A DNA stretch of 64,000 bases. It comes from Octopus vulgaris (lineage: Eukaryota). The stretch's first letter is position 1. The number at the start of each line of letters is the position of its first letter. The notes beneath the pieces are model-generated. The model did no database searches. It had not been told where the DNA came from and was given only the letters and a program-made list of their open reading frames with translations. Made by a program: the position numbers and the translations under genes. The stretch spans positions 66,030,001-66,094,000 of the forward strand of contig OX597830.1 of the NCBI GenBank assembly GCA_951406725.2. The letters are read 5' to 3'. This document shows, in pieces, positions 13,051 through 27,434 of this stretch.

Positions 13051-14813
13051 TATATATATATATGGATGCCTGGACGTGCATGTGTTGTTCATAAGAACAC
13101 AGTTTATAGAAGCAAATAAAGCACTCACTACATTAGGAAGTGTGTTATATCATTTATTAGGGGACTGATGTACATTTCTTCTCTGTACATAACAGCAAAA
13201 CTTACCTGAAGATGTGACCCTTCTCATAAGAAAAATGTTTTTTGTAATGTTTAGATTTGGGAGAAGGTATCCAGTTACAAACTGTATACCTCAGATCTTG
13301 GAATTCCTATTTCCTATCACTTATAATTATAGAGAGTGTAGACAAGCTGGAGAGTGCTATTGCTCCCTCATAATTATGTAAAGTTGTTGTTTAGCTTCAG
13401 ACTACTTCCCATCAAATGCATTCCAGCCATGACCATCCTGTCCTTTTTTCAAGTATAATGTATCTAGAACTATAATTATCCAATGTATCTTACCCTTCTT
13501 TCTAAGATAATAGGGTGTGATTTACAAGAGATTTGGCTGATATTTCTAGGAGATCAATCAAGTGATGCATTTGTTGGCTTGAATTGGGGAAGTTATTTTT
13601 GTTGTTGTTTAATTCCAGGTCAGCCCTCACTGAGCAAACCCTATAACTTCACCTGATTATATATACACTTTAGATGAGTTGTAGTGCACCTGAGCACTGT
13701 ACACAATTATTATTATTATTATTATTATTATAATTGAAAGCATTCAGTCCTACCATTCCATTTTATTTATAAGATAATGTATCTAAGATAACTTTATTCA
13801 CTGTGCCCTTTCTTCTTTGAATGACAGCAGGGTGTTATTTGAGGGAGATTTTACTGCTATTTCTAGCCAGCCACGTAACTACCTAGGGAGATTTCCTCCT
13901 CTGCTAAAATTGGGAAAAGTTAAACATTTTGAAGCAATTTATTTTGAAATTGTATTTTATATGTAATTAAAAATGATATTAAACCTGAATTTAGAAAGAC
14001 GCCATACATAAAATAAAAGCAGGGCTTTCAAAATAAAGTATGATCCTTAACTTGTTTAGATTGTAGGGACACCATTGAAGATATCATCTTCATAATAGTT
14101 TGTCAAAGATAAGTCCTTCCTCTATGTACCAGGTTTGTTTTAGAAGCATTGGTGATTATGGATCTCCATGCCAAAATCTGAAGATGCATGATTTTTCTTA
14201 GGATACATATGTAGTTTCATGTTACCTTTTGCCAGTATATTTGCAGTTAATTCAGCCAGGTTCCTACTCTTCCAAGCTTACCCTTGAGGCATGGGGCCAA
14301 TTTAACCATTAAGTAAAGAAACTGGTTAATGTGACATCTGAGCATGTCCACTGATTGGAGGGCCTGTGTGACATATTTTGAGGAGCCAGACCTTCTCCAA
14401 ATCCCATGTGCTAATATCCATAGGGCCATATTCTGCTATTTCACCCACAACTGGCACAAACCTCAAATTTCGATCTATGCAAAAATCAACCCATCTTCAA
14501 CATTACTGGTTATAATAAATATGAAATAATTGAACGGATATGATAATTGGACAACCAATATGTCGTGGGTTCAAATCCACTGCAGGTATTTCATTGCACC
14601 ATTCAGCAGTGAAATCATTTCTGTCAGTCCCAGTTCTGTAAATTACCAATCAAATGATCTGAGAATAGAATGTAACTTGTGGTAAACTGGATGATGTGTT
14701 TGTTAAACTCTACCAGGTTGTCTTTTATTCAAACCCTATCTAGAATAACATTGTGTTATCATCACCATCATCATCATTTAACGTCCCTGTTTCCATGCTA
14801 GCATGGATTAAAT

Positions 14814-15031
14814 CAGGGGTGGGCAAACTGCGGGCCGCATGCGGCCCGCCATAGGTTTTCATGCGGCCCGCTGAGAGGAATATTTCACAAAATTTCCTTT
14901 CAATCAATTGTGTGTTTATAGGTCTATAACCGCCTTTAAAAATATTTTCACTTGATTTTTATAAATGAGACCCGCCAAGGTTCCAAAGACGCACTGTGCG
15001 GCCCGCGATCAAAAAAGTTCGCCCACCCCTG
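14814..15031. mobile_element. hAT-superfamily MITE
   Basis: TIRs CAGGGGTGGGCAAAC / GTTCGCCCACCCCTG; perfect 8-bp TSD GATTAAAT (14806-14813, 15032-15039); inserted in a family C SINE tail. Confidence 0.93.
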
Positions 15032-15800
15032 GATTAAATGGTTTGGCAAGAACAGACAAACCAGGGTTCTATGCATGCTTGTTTCTATGAATGCACCAGG
15101 TTCTATGTATGCTTGGCAGGGTTTCTATATCTGGATGCCTTTCCTAACGTATGAGTCCAATATTTTTCTAAAGACAGTAGGTTTGATTTGAGGAAGATTA
15201 GGCTACTATTTCTAGCAAGTCAAGTGACTAGTTAGAGGATCCCTCAGACTTGTGTTGTCGTTTAGCGCCAAAGTCAGCTCTGATCAAGCAGACCTATAAT
15301 TAAAAGCATTTAAATGCTGATCATCTCATCTATTGAGTATCTTTGGCTATATTATCCACTGTGTCCTTCCTTTTTTTTTTCATGACGTGTATTCGAAAGA
15401 TTTTACTACTATTTTTAGCAAACGAAACAACTGTATAGGGGAGGGGTCCTTTGTTGGCTTGCTTAACCCTCAGATTTATTTTCTATCCATATATATATCT
15501 CGTCTCCTTAAACACCACAAGGCTAGAGCTAAATGTCAGCCCTTAAAAACTCGAGAGACATTTACATTGTATTTTTATATTATTTTTTATGAATTAAAGT
15601 CATTGGACTGCTGCCAATGCCGGAGCACCACCTTCAAGATATTTTGGTGGGGTCTTTCGCCACAACTTTCTCTCATTCTCTCTTCCTGTTTCTTGAGTAA
15701 TGCTGAGATGGACTGGTGTCCCGTCCAGCTGGAGGGAACACATATGCCACAGAAACCGGGAAACCGAGCCCATGAGCCTGGCTAGGCTTGAAAAGGACAA

Positions 15801-15839
<39 letters not shown>

Positions 15840-17045
15840 GCATGGCTGTGTGGTTAGGGAGCTTGCTTCCAAGCTACATGGTTTCGGGTTCAGTCCCACT
15901 GCGTGGCAGTATGGGTAGGTGTCTTCCACTATAGCCCCGAGCCGACCAGAGCTTTGTGATTGAATTCGGTAGGTGGAAGTTACTAGTTACTGCCGTGTGT
16001 GTATGTGTGCGTATAGCTGCTCAGTGCTTCTCCGAAAGAGAGAGAGGGATATATATATATATATATACACATATATACATACATATATATATATTTGGTG
16101 GCCAACTGCAATGTTCTTGCTAAAACCTTCAATTACAATGCATGGGTCAACATAAAGCTATGGCAGAGGACAACTGGCCAGAGTGCCAGTTGGTGGTATC
16201 AAACCTGGAACTGCACGATTGCAAACTAAACAGCTATGTTTACATAACTTTGTTGGCCTCCTGTGTTTTACGTTCTTCCATAGTTCAAGTGATTCTGTCT
16301 GTTGGGTGTAATATATTGATCATGCTGTGATTGCTGTCAATAGAGCTTTTAGCACTTGTAGATTATATACGTATACGTATATATCAAATCTGTGTTATAT
16401 TATATGTCTAACTCTGCACTGATTTATTACAACATAAGTGTCCATTGATTGTAGTTGCTGAGGAAATTGAAATAACCAGTCTCTGAAATGTAGAACTATG
16501 CATTAACAATAAATGGCAATCAAATACCAGAACACGAACTATGAAGATTAGCATTCTGTCATGACTGGTAAAACCAATTTCAATGAGAGGTCTCACATAT
16601 TTCCCAATTTAGCATCACCACCTGGTCTTTAGGTGCTTTTAGTTTGTATAGCAGGGCCTTCCCACATTGGTTCAGCACCACCAAGAGCCAACTAGAGAGC
16701 CTCTACATGATCATTCAAACTGCAAGAAGTAGCAACCAAATATCCTTCAAATCACAAGTTTTAAGAAAAGGCAAAATATATGGGATAATGTAGTGCTAGG
16801 TACATCATTGTTTTTGCATCTGCTTTTATCATGTTGGCTTGGCTTATATGGGACTTTTTGATGCAGTGTTTTGCAATTACATGCCATTCCTGATAGCAAC
16901 TATTTTAGATGCCTTCTACAACATGCTAAAAAGACACATTAGAATGTGTATGTTAGTTTCAAATACATTGTGTGAAAAATATAAAGGATAAAACATAATT
17001 GTAGTGTGGAAGACATAAACTAACTATTCAGAAACACACAAAGAC

Positions 17046-17258
17046 CTATTTCTTTACTATCCACAAGGGGACAAACAAGGACAGACACACGGATCAAGTC
17101 AATTACATCAACCCCAGTGCATAACTAGTACTTATTTAATCGACCCCGAAAGGATAAAAGGCAAAGTCGACCTCGGCGGAATTTAAACTCAGAACGTAAC
17201 GGCAGATGAAATACAGCTATGCATTTCGCCCGGCGTGCTAACGTTTCTGCCAGCTCGC
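17046..17258 (-). mobile_element. SINE family B
   Basis: Reverse complement matches 311-523 and 34249-34477. Confidence 0.85.
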
Positions 17259-17587
17259 ATACCATTAACTTTACTTGACCCTTTGGAGATGGAGCCTTGT
17301 TTGGTGTTTCAGTGCCAAGAAGACTGATCCCTTTTCACAAGCCCTACAGTCAGCGTGCACTTATTTTTCAAAAAAAAATTATAAAATATAAAGAAATTAC
17401 TTTACATACTTAAAACTATACATATTCTTGAAGGAAATTGAATGAGCTAATACAATCTTTGCCATTTGACTTTTCAGACAATAGTTTGACCCTGTCATCT
17501 CCTAAGGGTTAAATATTTATTTGTAATTGGATGACAAAATTTTCACCACTCAAAACTGCAACCTGTTTGCTGGCAAAAATTTCAACA

Positions 17588-17925
17588 CCATCATCATCAT
17601 TTAACGTCCGTTTTCCATGCTAGCATGGGTTGGATGGTTCGACTGGGGTCTGGTAAGCCATGAAGGCTGCACCAGGCTCCAGTCTGGTTTGGCAGTGTTT
17701 CTACGGCTGGATGCCCTTCCTAACTCCAACCATTCCGTGAGTGTAGTGGATGTTTTTTACATGCCACCGGCACAGGGCCAGAGGAGGCTGGCAAACGGCC
17801 GCGATCAGTTGGTGCTTTTACGTGTCACTGACACGGATGCCAGTCAGGCAGCGCTGTCATCTGCCATGTTTGGACGGTGCTTTTTACATGTCACTGGCAC
17901 AGGTGTCTCAACTATTTCCATTTGA
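17588..17925 (-). mobile_element. SINE family C
   Basis: Colinear with 9928-10265. Confidence 0.8.
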
Positions 17926-18841
17926 TTTTTATTTTGATGTTGGTGTTGACGTACCATATTACAAATAAATATTTAAGTGAAGTTAAGAGTCTTTCTGTGT
18001 TTCTGAATGGTTTATCTTGTATCTTCCACGCTGCAATCACTTTAGATTCTGCTTGTGATCTCAGATCAAAACACCTGCTTTGCAAGTACATTTCTCTAAT
18101 GATGGGATGATTGAGGCTGAAATGCCTTGATCAGAGGTCTGACTGATCAGGACTTGATTTGAGGTGAAACAACACCACCACCACTACTATATGACCCTTT
18201 GATGCAAGTGTTCAGACTAAAATCATGATTCTCTCTTGGCCCTTGGTTTTTCTGTAGATTTTTCAGGTTAGGCATCTTCAACATTAGACTCACCAATCTT
18301 GGAAGAAGGTTTTCTAAAGTCATGGGACTGCTTCTTCTATTTTCCCCATAGACATTGCTCACTACTTGGAAGAACAGACAAACTGTTGACCTCTCAGCAG
18401 CCCAACACTCTCAGCTGTCATAGAGTACCTATTTTTTAACCATTTCACTGTGGAATTAAACTTTATGGTTCTTCCAGCAATGATGTTAAATATCTACCAA
18501 AAAACATAAAATTGATAATTTCTGTAAGTCATACTTGACTTATCTCAACAGAAAATAGCTTCAAACCTGACATTCCGCAAAGAACGCTAGATTGGTTTAT
18601 AAGACTACTTTCCACAGATAAGGGTAACAGAATTTTAAATGGATATATCTGCTTTCTGCTGTAACAGGGTTAAGCACTAAGGATCTTTTCTTTTTTCTGG
18701 ACAGCTTCACTATATTTTGATTGGTGTATTTTCCATTTGTCCTCACTTTTATAGTCTGGAATAGAAAAAACAAAAAAAACAAAAAAAGAATTGTAAGAGT
18801 ACAATTGATTAACAGAGGCTTTGTGCTTAATTCTTGTTTTA

Positions 18842-19352
18842 CCGTAAATCTTCGAGTATAGTCCACCCTTGAGTATAATATGCAGGGGATTTTTAGGGGT
18901 CAGTACCTCTGAAAAACCTAAACCTTGTGTATCATACACGCCCCTTCTCTAACTTGAGTCGTGCATAATTAAGCCAGCAGCACCTAGTTGAACAAACACT
19001 TCCGCGCATGTGTAATACAATAATGGTGATGTTCTTAACTGTTATATGGGAATGTAAATATGTTTGCAAATTGTTTTTGTTACATGTTATTCTGTGTTCT
19101 GAATACTTTTATTTTAATAAATGTGACTTACTGCAGGTTATGGAAGATTCTTTTATGACTTCATTGCTTAAGGTATTTTCGCGTCTGGCATCACAAAATG
19201 CATCTGAACATTGCCAAACAGCAAATAGAGACTCAAACATTGTTTAGAAAATATTTTTCATTTTTAACCTCGTTTATAGTACACACAAGGGATTTTGACC
19301 ATTAAATTTTTTTTTGGGGGGGGGGATGCGGATTATACTCGAGGATTTACGG
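18842..19352. mobile_element. pogo/Tigger-like (Tc1/mariner) MITE
   Basis: TA|CCGTAAATCTTCGAGTATA ... TATACTCGAGGATTTACGG|TA TIRs with TA TSD. Confidence 0.9.
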
Positions 19353-19439
19353 TATATTAATGTATTAAATGAACAAGTAAGAAACCAATCATGGATAGAA
19401 CACATATTTAGGGTTAGTGTAACTGATATTGCAAGAACA

Positions 19440-19730
19440 CCTTCGGCTCATGATCGTAAGGTTGTTAGTTCAAATACCTGGTGACACATGTCCTTGAGCA
19501 AGACACTTTATTACGTGTTGCTCCAACCAACTCAGTTGGCAAAAATGAGTTGTACATGTAATTCAAAGGACCAGCCTTGTCACATTGTGTTCTACTGAAT
19601 CTCCCTGAGAACTACTTTAAGGGTACTTGTGCCTGTGGAGTACTCAGCCATTTGCACATTAATTCCACAAGAAGGCTGTTCTGTTGATTGGATCGACTGG
19701 AACCTTCATAGTCATTACCAACAGAATGCC
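19440..19730 (+). mobile_element. CORE-like SINE (family D-type core joined to OR tail type 3)
   Basis: GTCCTTGAGCAAGACACTTTA core followed by the tail seen at 37800-37980. Confidence 0.7.
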
Positions 19731-19884
19731 AGTTTTTTAAAGTTTTTTTGCTATTCCTTACAAGACAAACAGAAGCACATGGCATTAAGTCCCCAGCTCC
19801 CCAAATAGCGTGGCTGTCTGGACACTGACAACTTGGCCCAACTGACCAGCTATTCAACCTGCCATGGCAACAGTATTTTACTAT

Positions 19885-20300
19885 GTTAGTTAATTTGGCT
19901 CAAAAGCAAATAGCAAGGCCATGTAGGGGGACATGGAGTTAAGTACAGGGTGGTGTTCATGTAAAGAGTTCAGGCCACTTGAGGTCAAGGGAGGCTTTGA
20001 ACAAAGCGGTCGTTGGCATCTTCACCATCTCGTCTGGCAGGTTGTTCCACGGATCCGCAACCTGGACGGAGAAAGCTCCTCTCCTTCGATTGAGATGAAA
20101 TCGTCGCAGGTAGAGCTTTTCGGAATGACCCCACAGCCGACGCTCTGGACCAGGAGTGAAGAACAGCTCTTTCACGAGGTTACACTTTCCGCTTATGATG
20201 CTGTGGGCGAGAATGAGTATGTTTTGGCACTGGATGCATTATGTCTATGTCCAGCCTGCAGCTTCCCTTCTATGTAAGGCCGTTATCGTTTATGGCCAAT
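19885..20300 (-). mobile_element. 5'-truncated CR1-group LINE, ORF2 C-terminus and 3' UTR
   Basis: ORF 19957-20175 ...WGHSEKL...RRGAFSVQVADPWNNLPDEMVKMPTTALFKASLD matches the RGH..KL...FS.RV...WN.LP...FK..LD end of CR1 ORF2. Confidence 0.85.
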
Positions 20301-20744
20301 ATAATGAATAAAGAAGCTTGCTCTCCAGCCACATGGTTCCTGGTTCAGTCCCACTGCATGATACCTCGATCAGGTGTCTTCTACTATCACTTCAGGCTGA
20401 TCAAAACCTTGTGAGAGGATTTGCTAGATGAAAATTGAAAGAAGACCATCGTATACACATGTGTGTCTGTGATCGTCCTCTACCACTACTCGACAACCTA
20501 TGTTGGTATGTTTATGCAAAAAAAAAAAGAGAGAGAGAGAGATAGAATAAGTTACAGGCTTAAAAAAAAATCCCAGGATCAATTCATTTGACAGAAAATT
20601 CTTCAAGGTGGTGCCCCAGCATGGCCACGATCTAATGGCCAAAACGAGTAAAAGATTCACACAGAAAATAATTAAAGGGAACATTGCATATGGCAGAAGT
20701 CATTACCTTCTTTGATCATCAGCAGATGAACATGGTAACTTTAA

Positions 20745-20962
20745 CCCTTTAGCACTCAGATTATTCTGTCAAATGTAAAGCTTATGTATTCACACCATTT
20801 TAGAGCAATCATGCATTATTTCACGGCTTTGAGATTTCAATGATGTGATTGTTTATTTTTAAAATAACACTGTAAGGTAGCTATGAAAGACCATATCTGA
20901 CCAGTTTGAAGATAAAACGTAGAATATTTTGGCCAGATACGGCTGGTTGAAACACAAAAGGG
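20745..20962. mobile_element. piggyBac-like MITE (inverted relative to the 42441 copy)
   Basis: TTAA|CCCTTTAGCACTCAGATTATTCTGTCAAATG...AAAAGGG|TTAC; matches the reverse complement of 42441-42660. Confidence 0.8.
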
Positions 20963-21190
20963 TTACATATCTTTTTCTGTTTATCTCTTCATTTCTTTCT
21001 CTTTCTCTTTATTTATCTACTTTTTGGGCAGTTGTTAGGTCATTGTAGTTGACTAGTGAACTATTACATCACAGTTTGTGAACAAAAGCATCGTTAATTA
21101 CAGGTTTCCAATAAACTAATCAAAATTTCACTGAATTTCTGGTTGTGAGAGTAGCAAAAGAATATCTGTAATTTGGTGCAACACATATTA

Positions 21191-21575
21191 CTCTTTTACT
21201 CGTTTCAGTCATTTGACTGCGGCCATGCTGGAGCACCGCCTTTAGTCGAGCAAATCAATCCTGGGACTTATTCTTTGTAAGCCCAGTACTTATTCTATCG
21301 GTCTCTTTTGCCGAACCGCTAAGTGACAGGGACGTAAACATACCAGCATCGCTTGTCAAGCAATGCTAGGGGGACAAACATACATGCACATACATATATA
21401 TATATATACATATATACAACGGGCTTCTTTCAGTTTCCGTCTACCAAATCCACTCACAAGGCATTGGTCGGCCCGAGGCTATAGCAGAAGACACTTGCCC
21501 AAGGTGCCACGCAGTGGGACTGAACCCGGAACCATGTGGTTGGTGAGCAAGCCACTTACCACACAGCCACTCCTA
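21191..21575 (-). mobile_element. SINE family A, near full length
   Basis: Near identical to 38490-38853 and 62815-63263. Confidence 0.9.
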
Positions 21576-21699
21576 TTTTTTTTTTTTTCACGTATGACTT
21601 TATTTAAAGAACATCATTTTTGCATTTGGTATTGACGTTTATCTCCTTTGCCAATTTATATCAGCAAAAGACTTACCCATACATGTATTCAATAAGTTT

Positions 21700-22328
21700 C
21701 TTATTTCTTTATTGCCCATGAGGGGCTAAACATAGAGGGGACAAACAAGGACAAACAAAGGGATTAATTCGATTACATCGACCCCCAGTGCGTAATTGGT
21801 ACTTAATTTATCGACCCTGAAAGTATGAAAGGCAAAGTTGACCTTGGCAGAATTTGAACTCAGAACGTAACGGCAGACGAAATACCGCTAAGCATTTCGC
21901 CCAGCCTGCTTACGTTTCTTTTTTTTTTTATTGTCCACAAGGGACTAAACATAGAGGGGACAGACAAAGGGATTAAGTCGATTACATTGACCCCAGTGCG
22001 TAACTGGTACTTAATTTATCGACCCCGAAAGGATGAAAGGCAAAGTCAACCTCGGCGGAATTTGAACTCAGAACATAACGGCAGACAAAATACCTATTTC
22101 TTTACAACCCACAAGGGGCTAAACACAGAGGGGACAAACAAGGACAGACAAATGGATTAAGTCGATTACATCGACCCCAGTGCGTAACTGGTACCTAATT
22201 TATCGACCCCCGAAAGGATGAAAGGCAAAGTTGACCTTGGCGGAATTTGAACTCAGAACGTAGCGGCAGACGAAATACCACTAAGCATTTCGCCCAGTGT
22301 GCTAACGTTTCTGCCAGCTCGCTGCCTT
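21700..22328 (-). mobile_element. Three tandem copies of SINE family B
   Basis: AAGGGGCTAAAC...GATTACATCGACCCCAGTGCG...GAATTTGAACTCAGAAC repeated three times. Confidence 0.9.
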
Positions 22329-23011
22329 AAAAGTTTCTGTATAATTTCTATCTACCAAATTCTACATACAGGGTATTGGTCAATCCAAAGCTATAGCAGA
22401 AGACACGTGCCTAAGGCGCCATGCAGTAGGATTGCACCCAGAACAATGCGATGACTAAGTGAACTTCTTAACCACACAGTTAATCTTGCACTTCAGAGGA
22501 TTTCAACGAATCAGACTGATAATCCTAATCTTTAATCTAGTTAGTCATTTTAGTTCGTCTGGTGTAACAGTGAATTGCAGTGTTGACACACTGTGAACCG
22601 TTATAAACTAAAAACAATTTTTTAGCTCAATCCTAGCTCAAAGATACAGAAAATGTTACCGGAAGTTGTTTGGGGAAATTAAACGTCAAAATTCTTGTGT
22701 AGCTTAATCTCCAACACAAAAATGAGGTTATGAGTCATTAATATGTGTCCTCCCAGATCTCAGAGAATTTTTCTTCTGTTCTGAAAATTTACCATTCTTT
22801 TTTTTTCTTTTGCTTTATTTAAAGAAACATCATCACCATAAGCTGCGGTTTTAGCATCAATCATCTTAATTCTATCTCCATGGACATTGAGCACATGTTG
22901 GGTGTATACCTATATATGTATTATATTTTTGCATGTTGATATGCATTCATATATGCCTAGCTGAAATTTTGCATGTATACACACATTCTACACATGAGGA
23001 TATATATCTAT

Positions 23012-23378
23012 AGGTGCAGGAGTGGCTGTGTGGTAAGAAGCTTGCCTCCCAACCACATGGTTCTGGGTTCAGTCCCACTGCATAGCTTCTACTATAGCCT
23101 TGGGCCGACTAAAGTCTCGTGAGTGGATTTGATAGACAGAAACTGAAAGAAGCCCGGCAAATATGTGTGTGTGTGTGTGTGTATTTGTGTCTGTGTTTGT
23201 CCCCACCACAATTGCTTGACAACCATGTTGGTGTGCTTATATCCCTGTAACTTAGCAGTTTGACAAAAGAGGCCAATAGAATAAGTACTAGGCTTACAAA
23301 GAATAAGCCCTGGGGTTGATTTGTTCGTCTAAAGGTGATACTCCAGCATGGCCACAGTCAAAGACTGAAACAAGTAAT
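23012..23378 (+). mobile_element. SINE family A
   Basis: GGTGCAGGAGTGGCTGTGTGGTAAG head through GACTGAAACAAGTAA tail. Confidence 0.85.
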
Positions 23379-24509
23379 AGTCTATATATATATAGTGAAC
23401 TGGTAGATTATTATTATTATTTATTCATATAATTTTTATTGTAAGATCTTTGGTACTGGATTCAAAGCAAGTAGGGTTATTAGGCATTGCTTGTAATACT
23501 CTTTTACTTTCTCTTTTACTTGTTTCAGTCATTTGACTGTGGCCATGCTGGAGCACCGCCTTTAGTCAAGCAAATCGACCCCAGGACTTATTCTTTGTAA
23601 GCCTAGTAATTATACTATCAGTCTCTTTTGCCGAACTGGCCTGGGTGTCAAGGGGGCAGTAGCCCATAAAAGTTTAGGAACCACTGCCTTAAACGATGAT
23701 GATGATGATGATGATGATACCAAATTGACTAACAAGGCATCGGTTAGTCCAAGGTTATAGAAAACACTTGTTCAAGGTGCTTCCTCTTTATGGAAATTTG
23801 ATTTTAATTACAACTGAAATCTGAACATAATGTTTATACAGGTGTGTGCCTATGTGTGTTTACATACCTGTGGTATATTTGCAGGATTTTGAGTGTGTGA
23901 GAGGTGATGTATTTTTATGTATGTGGTTGAAGGTATACTTATGTGTATTTTTGGTACGTGTGTGTTTGTGTCTATATGTGTGTGTGTGTGTGTGTTTATA
24001 TAAATGTGTAAGGTTGTGGTTTTAGGTGTATGTGTGATGTATTTTTTATGTATTTGTCTGCGGTGTGTGTGAGAGAGAGAGCATGATTACAATTATGTAA
24101 TTGTATTCAGTTCATATTCAATACAATTTATTGTAATATGTACATAGTTTATAACATTACTGTTAGTTGTTGTGTCTGAAATCTGCCTTGACTAAACAAA
24201 CCTATGATCAAAGCTATCCTAACAGTTACCATCATACAATTTATTTTAGGTACAGTGTATCTGGGACTACATCATATAATGCACCCCTTTTGTTTAAAAG
24301 ATGTCAGGATGTGGTTTAGTTTCTATTTTTATTAAGTAGCCTGGTAGGATTCCCTCATCGGTTTATCTACATTTTTCATCATACACATGTGTACCGTGTT
24401 GACCTGTAATCAAGTTTATTTTTAACTCATAACAATCTAGATGAGTGTGATGTGTATGTACTCTATAACCTCTATTATTATCACTTAGATATTGACTAAT
24501 ATCGTGTGA

Positions 24510-24850
24510 AGGCGCATGGCTCAGTGGTTAGAGCGTCGAGCTTACGATAGTGAGGTTGTGAGCTCGAATCCCGGACCGGGCTGCGTGTTGTGTCCTTGAG
24601 CAAGACACTTTATTTCATGTTGCTCCAGTTCACTCAGCTGTAGAAATGAGTTGCGACGTCACTGGTGCCAAGTTGTATCGGCATTTGCCTTTCCCTTGGA
24701 TAACACTGGTGGCGTGGAGAGGGGAGGCTGGTTTGCATGGGCGACTGCTGGTCTTCCATAAACAACCTTGCCCGGACTTGTGTCTAGGAGGGTAACTTTC
24801 TAGGTGCAATCCCATGGTCATTCATGACCAAAGGGGGTCTTTACCCCTTT
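24510..24850 (+). mobile_element. SINE family D (tRNA head, CORE-like domain)
   Basis: GGCGCATGGCTCAGTGGTTAGAGCG (A box), GCTCGAATCCC (B-box-like), GTGTCCTTGAGCAAGACACTT; flanked by TATTGACTAATATC direct repeats (TSD). Confidence 0.88.
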
Positions 24851-25554
24851 TATTGACTAATATCTGGTATGATTGAACCTAAGATCAGACCATCTTGACT
24901 TTTAATTTTTCAGTCTGGAAATGCGAATCACCTTCACCTTTAATTTGTTTTATTTACTTTGACTTCGACGATAGATCAACATTAAAACCTTTTAACCAGC
25001 CAAGATGTTTCCATCCTAAGAGCCCCAAACAAACATTTCAGAATTACAGATCACATTTATCACTTATTGATAGAAACAGAAGGACTTTTCAGCCTGTAAA
25101 CTTTACGTTTTCTGTTCTCATACATTTTTAAGCAACTCGTTTTGTTGTTTTTGTTCTTTGTTTTGTCTTTTTTTTTTATTTTTTGTTTTTTCTTCCTTAC
25201 CATTCACCATCTGATGCTGAATTAGTCATATTTATTTCTGTACATGTCCTTAGGCTAGTATTGGAAAAAAACAAATAAATAAATAAACACCGCCCTGCCT
25301 CCTTACTTAGCATAGCCCAAGGGTTCCTATGATTTTTTTTCCCATTAGGCTACATTTGAAACATGGTGTTTTTTATAAAACAAAATAGAACCCTTCCACC
25401 CTCCGAAAAAAAACGGAAAAAAAAAAAAAAAAAAAATAATAATAATAATAATAATAATGGAAAAAGCAAGAATAATAGCCTGAGAAGTCATTTCAGAGGA
25501 ATTAATAATAATAGTGCATCTCTGAAATTTAGGCAGCGTATAGATTTTAGTTTT

Positions 25555-25568
25555 GTTTCCATGGCAAC
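25555..25568. promoter_or_regulatory. RFX X-box consensus match
   Basis: GTTTCCATGGCAAC fits GTTNCCATGGNAAC in non-repeat sequence; function unproven. Confidence 0.35.
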
Positions 25569-25716
25569 AAAGCACCAGACCACACTTAACTATCCGAGAC
25601 ATTTATTTATGCATTTACTTAATGCTATTCCATTTCCATCTCAAAAATAGAAATCAAACAAATTGAATTCCAGAATGTGCTGGAATAAATTGATATCACA
25701 AAGTCAGTCCATATGC

Positions 25717-25804
25717 TTGCCTCGGAAGCATGCTAATTGAAGGGGGAAGCCCAGAGCCTCTCTCTACATGGCCACTTATGCCTGTTAGAAATAGCAGCCA
25801 AAAA

Positions 25805-25841
<37 letters not shown>

Positions 25842-26232
25842 TCGTATATTAGCTTCTCAAGACTGCATTTGGATAATAAAGTCTGAGATCAACTATGCTG
25901 GAAAAGTTGGGATGGTCATGACTAGAATACCTTTCAGTTTATAACTCTGCTTTGTCAAGGCTGAGCTGCGGATAAACATACTTGCCTCGGAAGCATTCCA
26001 ACTGAAGGGGAAACTGGAGCCAGCCTCTACATGGTCAATCTTGCCTGTTAGAAATAGCAGCCAAAAATCTCTCTCCCTCTCAAATCATACACTAACTTCT
26101 CAGGACTACATTAGATAATAAAATCCAGGATCAACTATACTGGAAAAGATGGGATGGTCACGGTTAGAATGCCTTTCTTCATAACTTTGCTTTGTCAGAA
26201 CTGACCTGGGGATAAGCAACAATACTAACAAC
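25717..26232 (+). repeat. ~264-bp tandem duplication of the unclassified AGAAATAGCAGCCAAA repeat family
   Basis: CTTGCCTCGGAAGCAT...TAGAAATAGCAGCCAAAAATC...GGGATGGTCA repeated at 25717 and 25981. Confidence 0.85.
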
Positions 26233-27434
26233 AATCAAAAAAATATGCTAATTGAACCATTAATATCTTCTCTACATTATTTCTGGTCTTTGTGTGTGTT
26301 TCAAAGTTGTTTCCACTTCATGTCCCTAAATGATAATTTATTCCCCTCCTAGATTTTATCACGTCAGGAATTTACTCTCAGTTCTTCGCTCAGTAGCATT
26401 GGTATGAAATATCCATGGTGGAAACCTATTATACTTTCCAGCATTGATTTTCATAATAGACTGTTTGTTATAAGGATGAATGCACCTAATGTACTCTTAT
26501 TTTAATTTTTCCTTTCGTTTTTTTTTTGTTTCGTTTTTTTTTTTTGTTTTCACTACTGGTTCATCAAGCCAAATGAGGGGGGGGGGAATGTCTGTGTTAC
26601 CTATTCAGTCCACTAGAAATAGCAACCAAATCTCTCTCTCTCTCTCTCTCGGATCATACCATAACATCTTAGAAAGAAAAATATAGCTAGCATACATTAG
26701 ATAAACGTGGCTCTAGATATTCCATGCCTAAAAAAAAAAAAAATAAATAAAGTAAAGCTGGATGGGCATGGCTGGGACACCTTTTATCATAGGTCTGCTC
26801 AGTCAAGCTGACCTGGAACTAACCAACAACCCCTACTTCATCTTTGCCTCCTCCCACTTCATCTTTGCCCCCTCCCACTTCATTTTACTTCCTCCCACAT
26901 TATTATCCTTTGGTGTGTCCGCTTTTGCTATCCCCTCTTCTTCAAAACTAATCCCCCCTGCTTCTTCCTCTTCTATGCCTTACACTTCTACTTTTTCCTT
27001 CTTACTCCTCTCCTTGTTTTGATTTCTTTTTACATTCTCGATGCTCCATCCCCTCCTTCTTGTTGCCATTCTATAGAATCAGTTTTCAAAGAACTATCTA
27101 CCGCAACTGGCAACGGTCTTGTTGTTGTGACATCTCCCATCACAAAGTAACCTCTCCCAGGGATAAGCATAACAGTCATCTCTGGTTCCATCCACAGAAC
27201 AATAATAGAATATCATTACAAATGCGAGAGAGAGAGAGAACAAATGAGTGAGTGAAGAATATGATCTGATGGATGAGGAAGAGGATATTGTAAATCTGGG
27301 AAGGGTTTGATTAAAGCAAGATTGAGAGATGGGGTTAAATGTAATAAGAAGTAACAGCAGATGTGCACACATGCATGTACGCACAGACAGACACTTATAT
27401 ACATATATGATAAGCTATTTTTTTTTTTATTTGT

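Noticed and set aside
24510-24585. tRNA-like sequences (also 12745, 37601, 58845)
   Set aside because: They continue directly into SINE bodies; these are SINE heads, not tRNA genes
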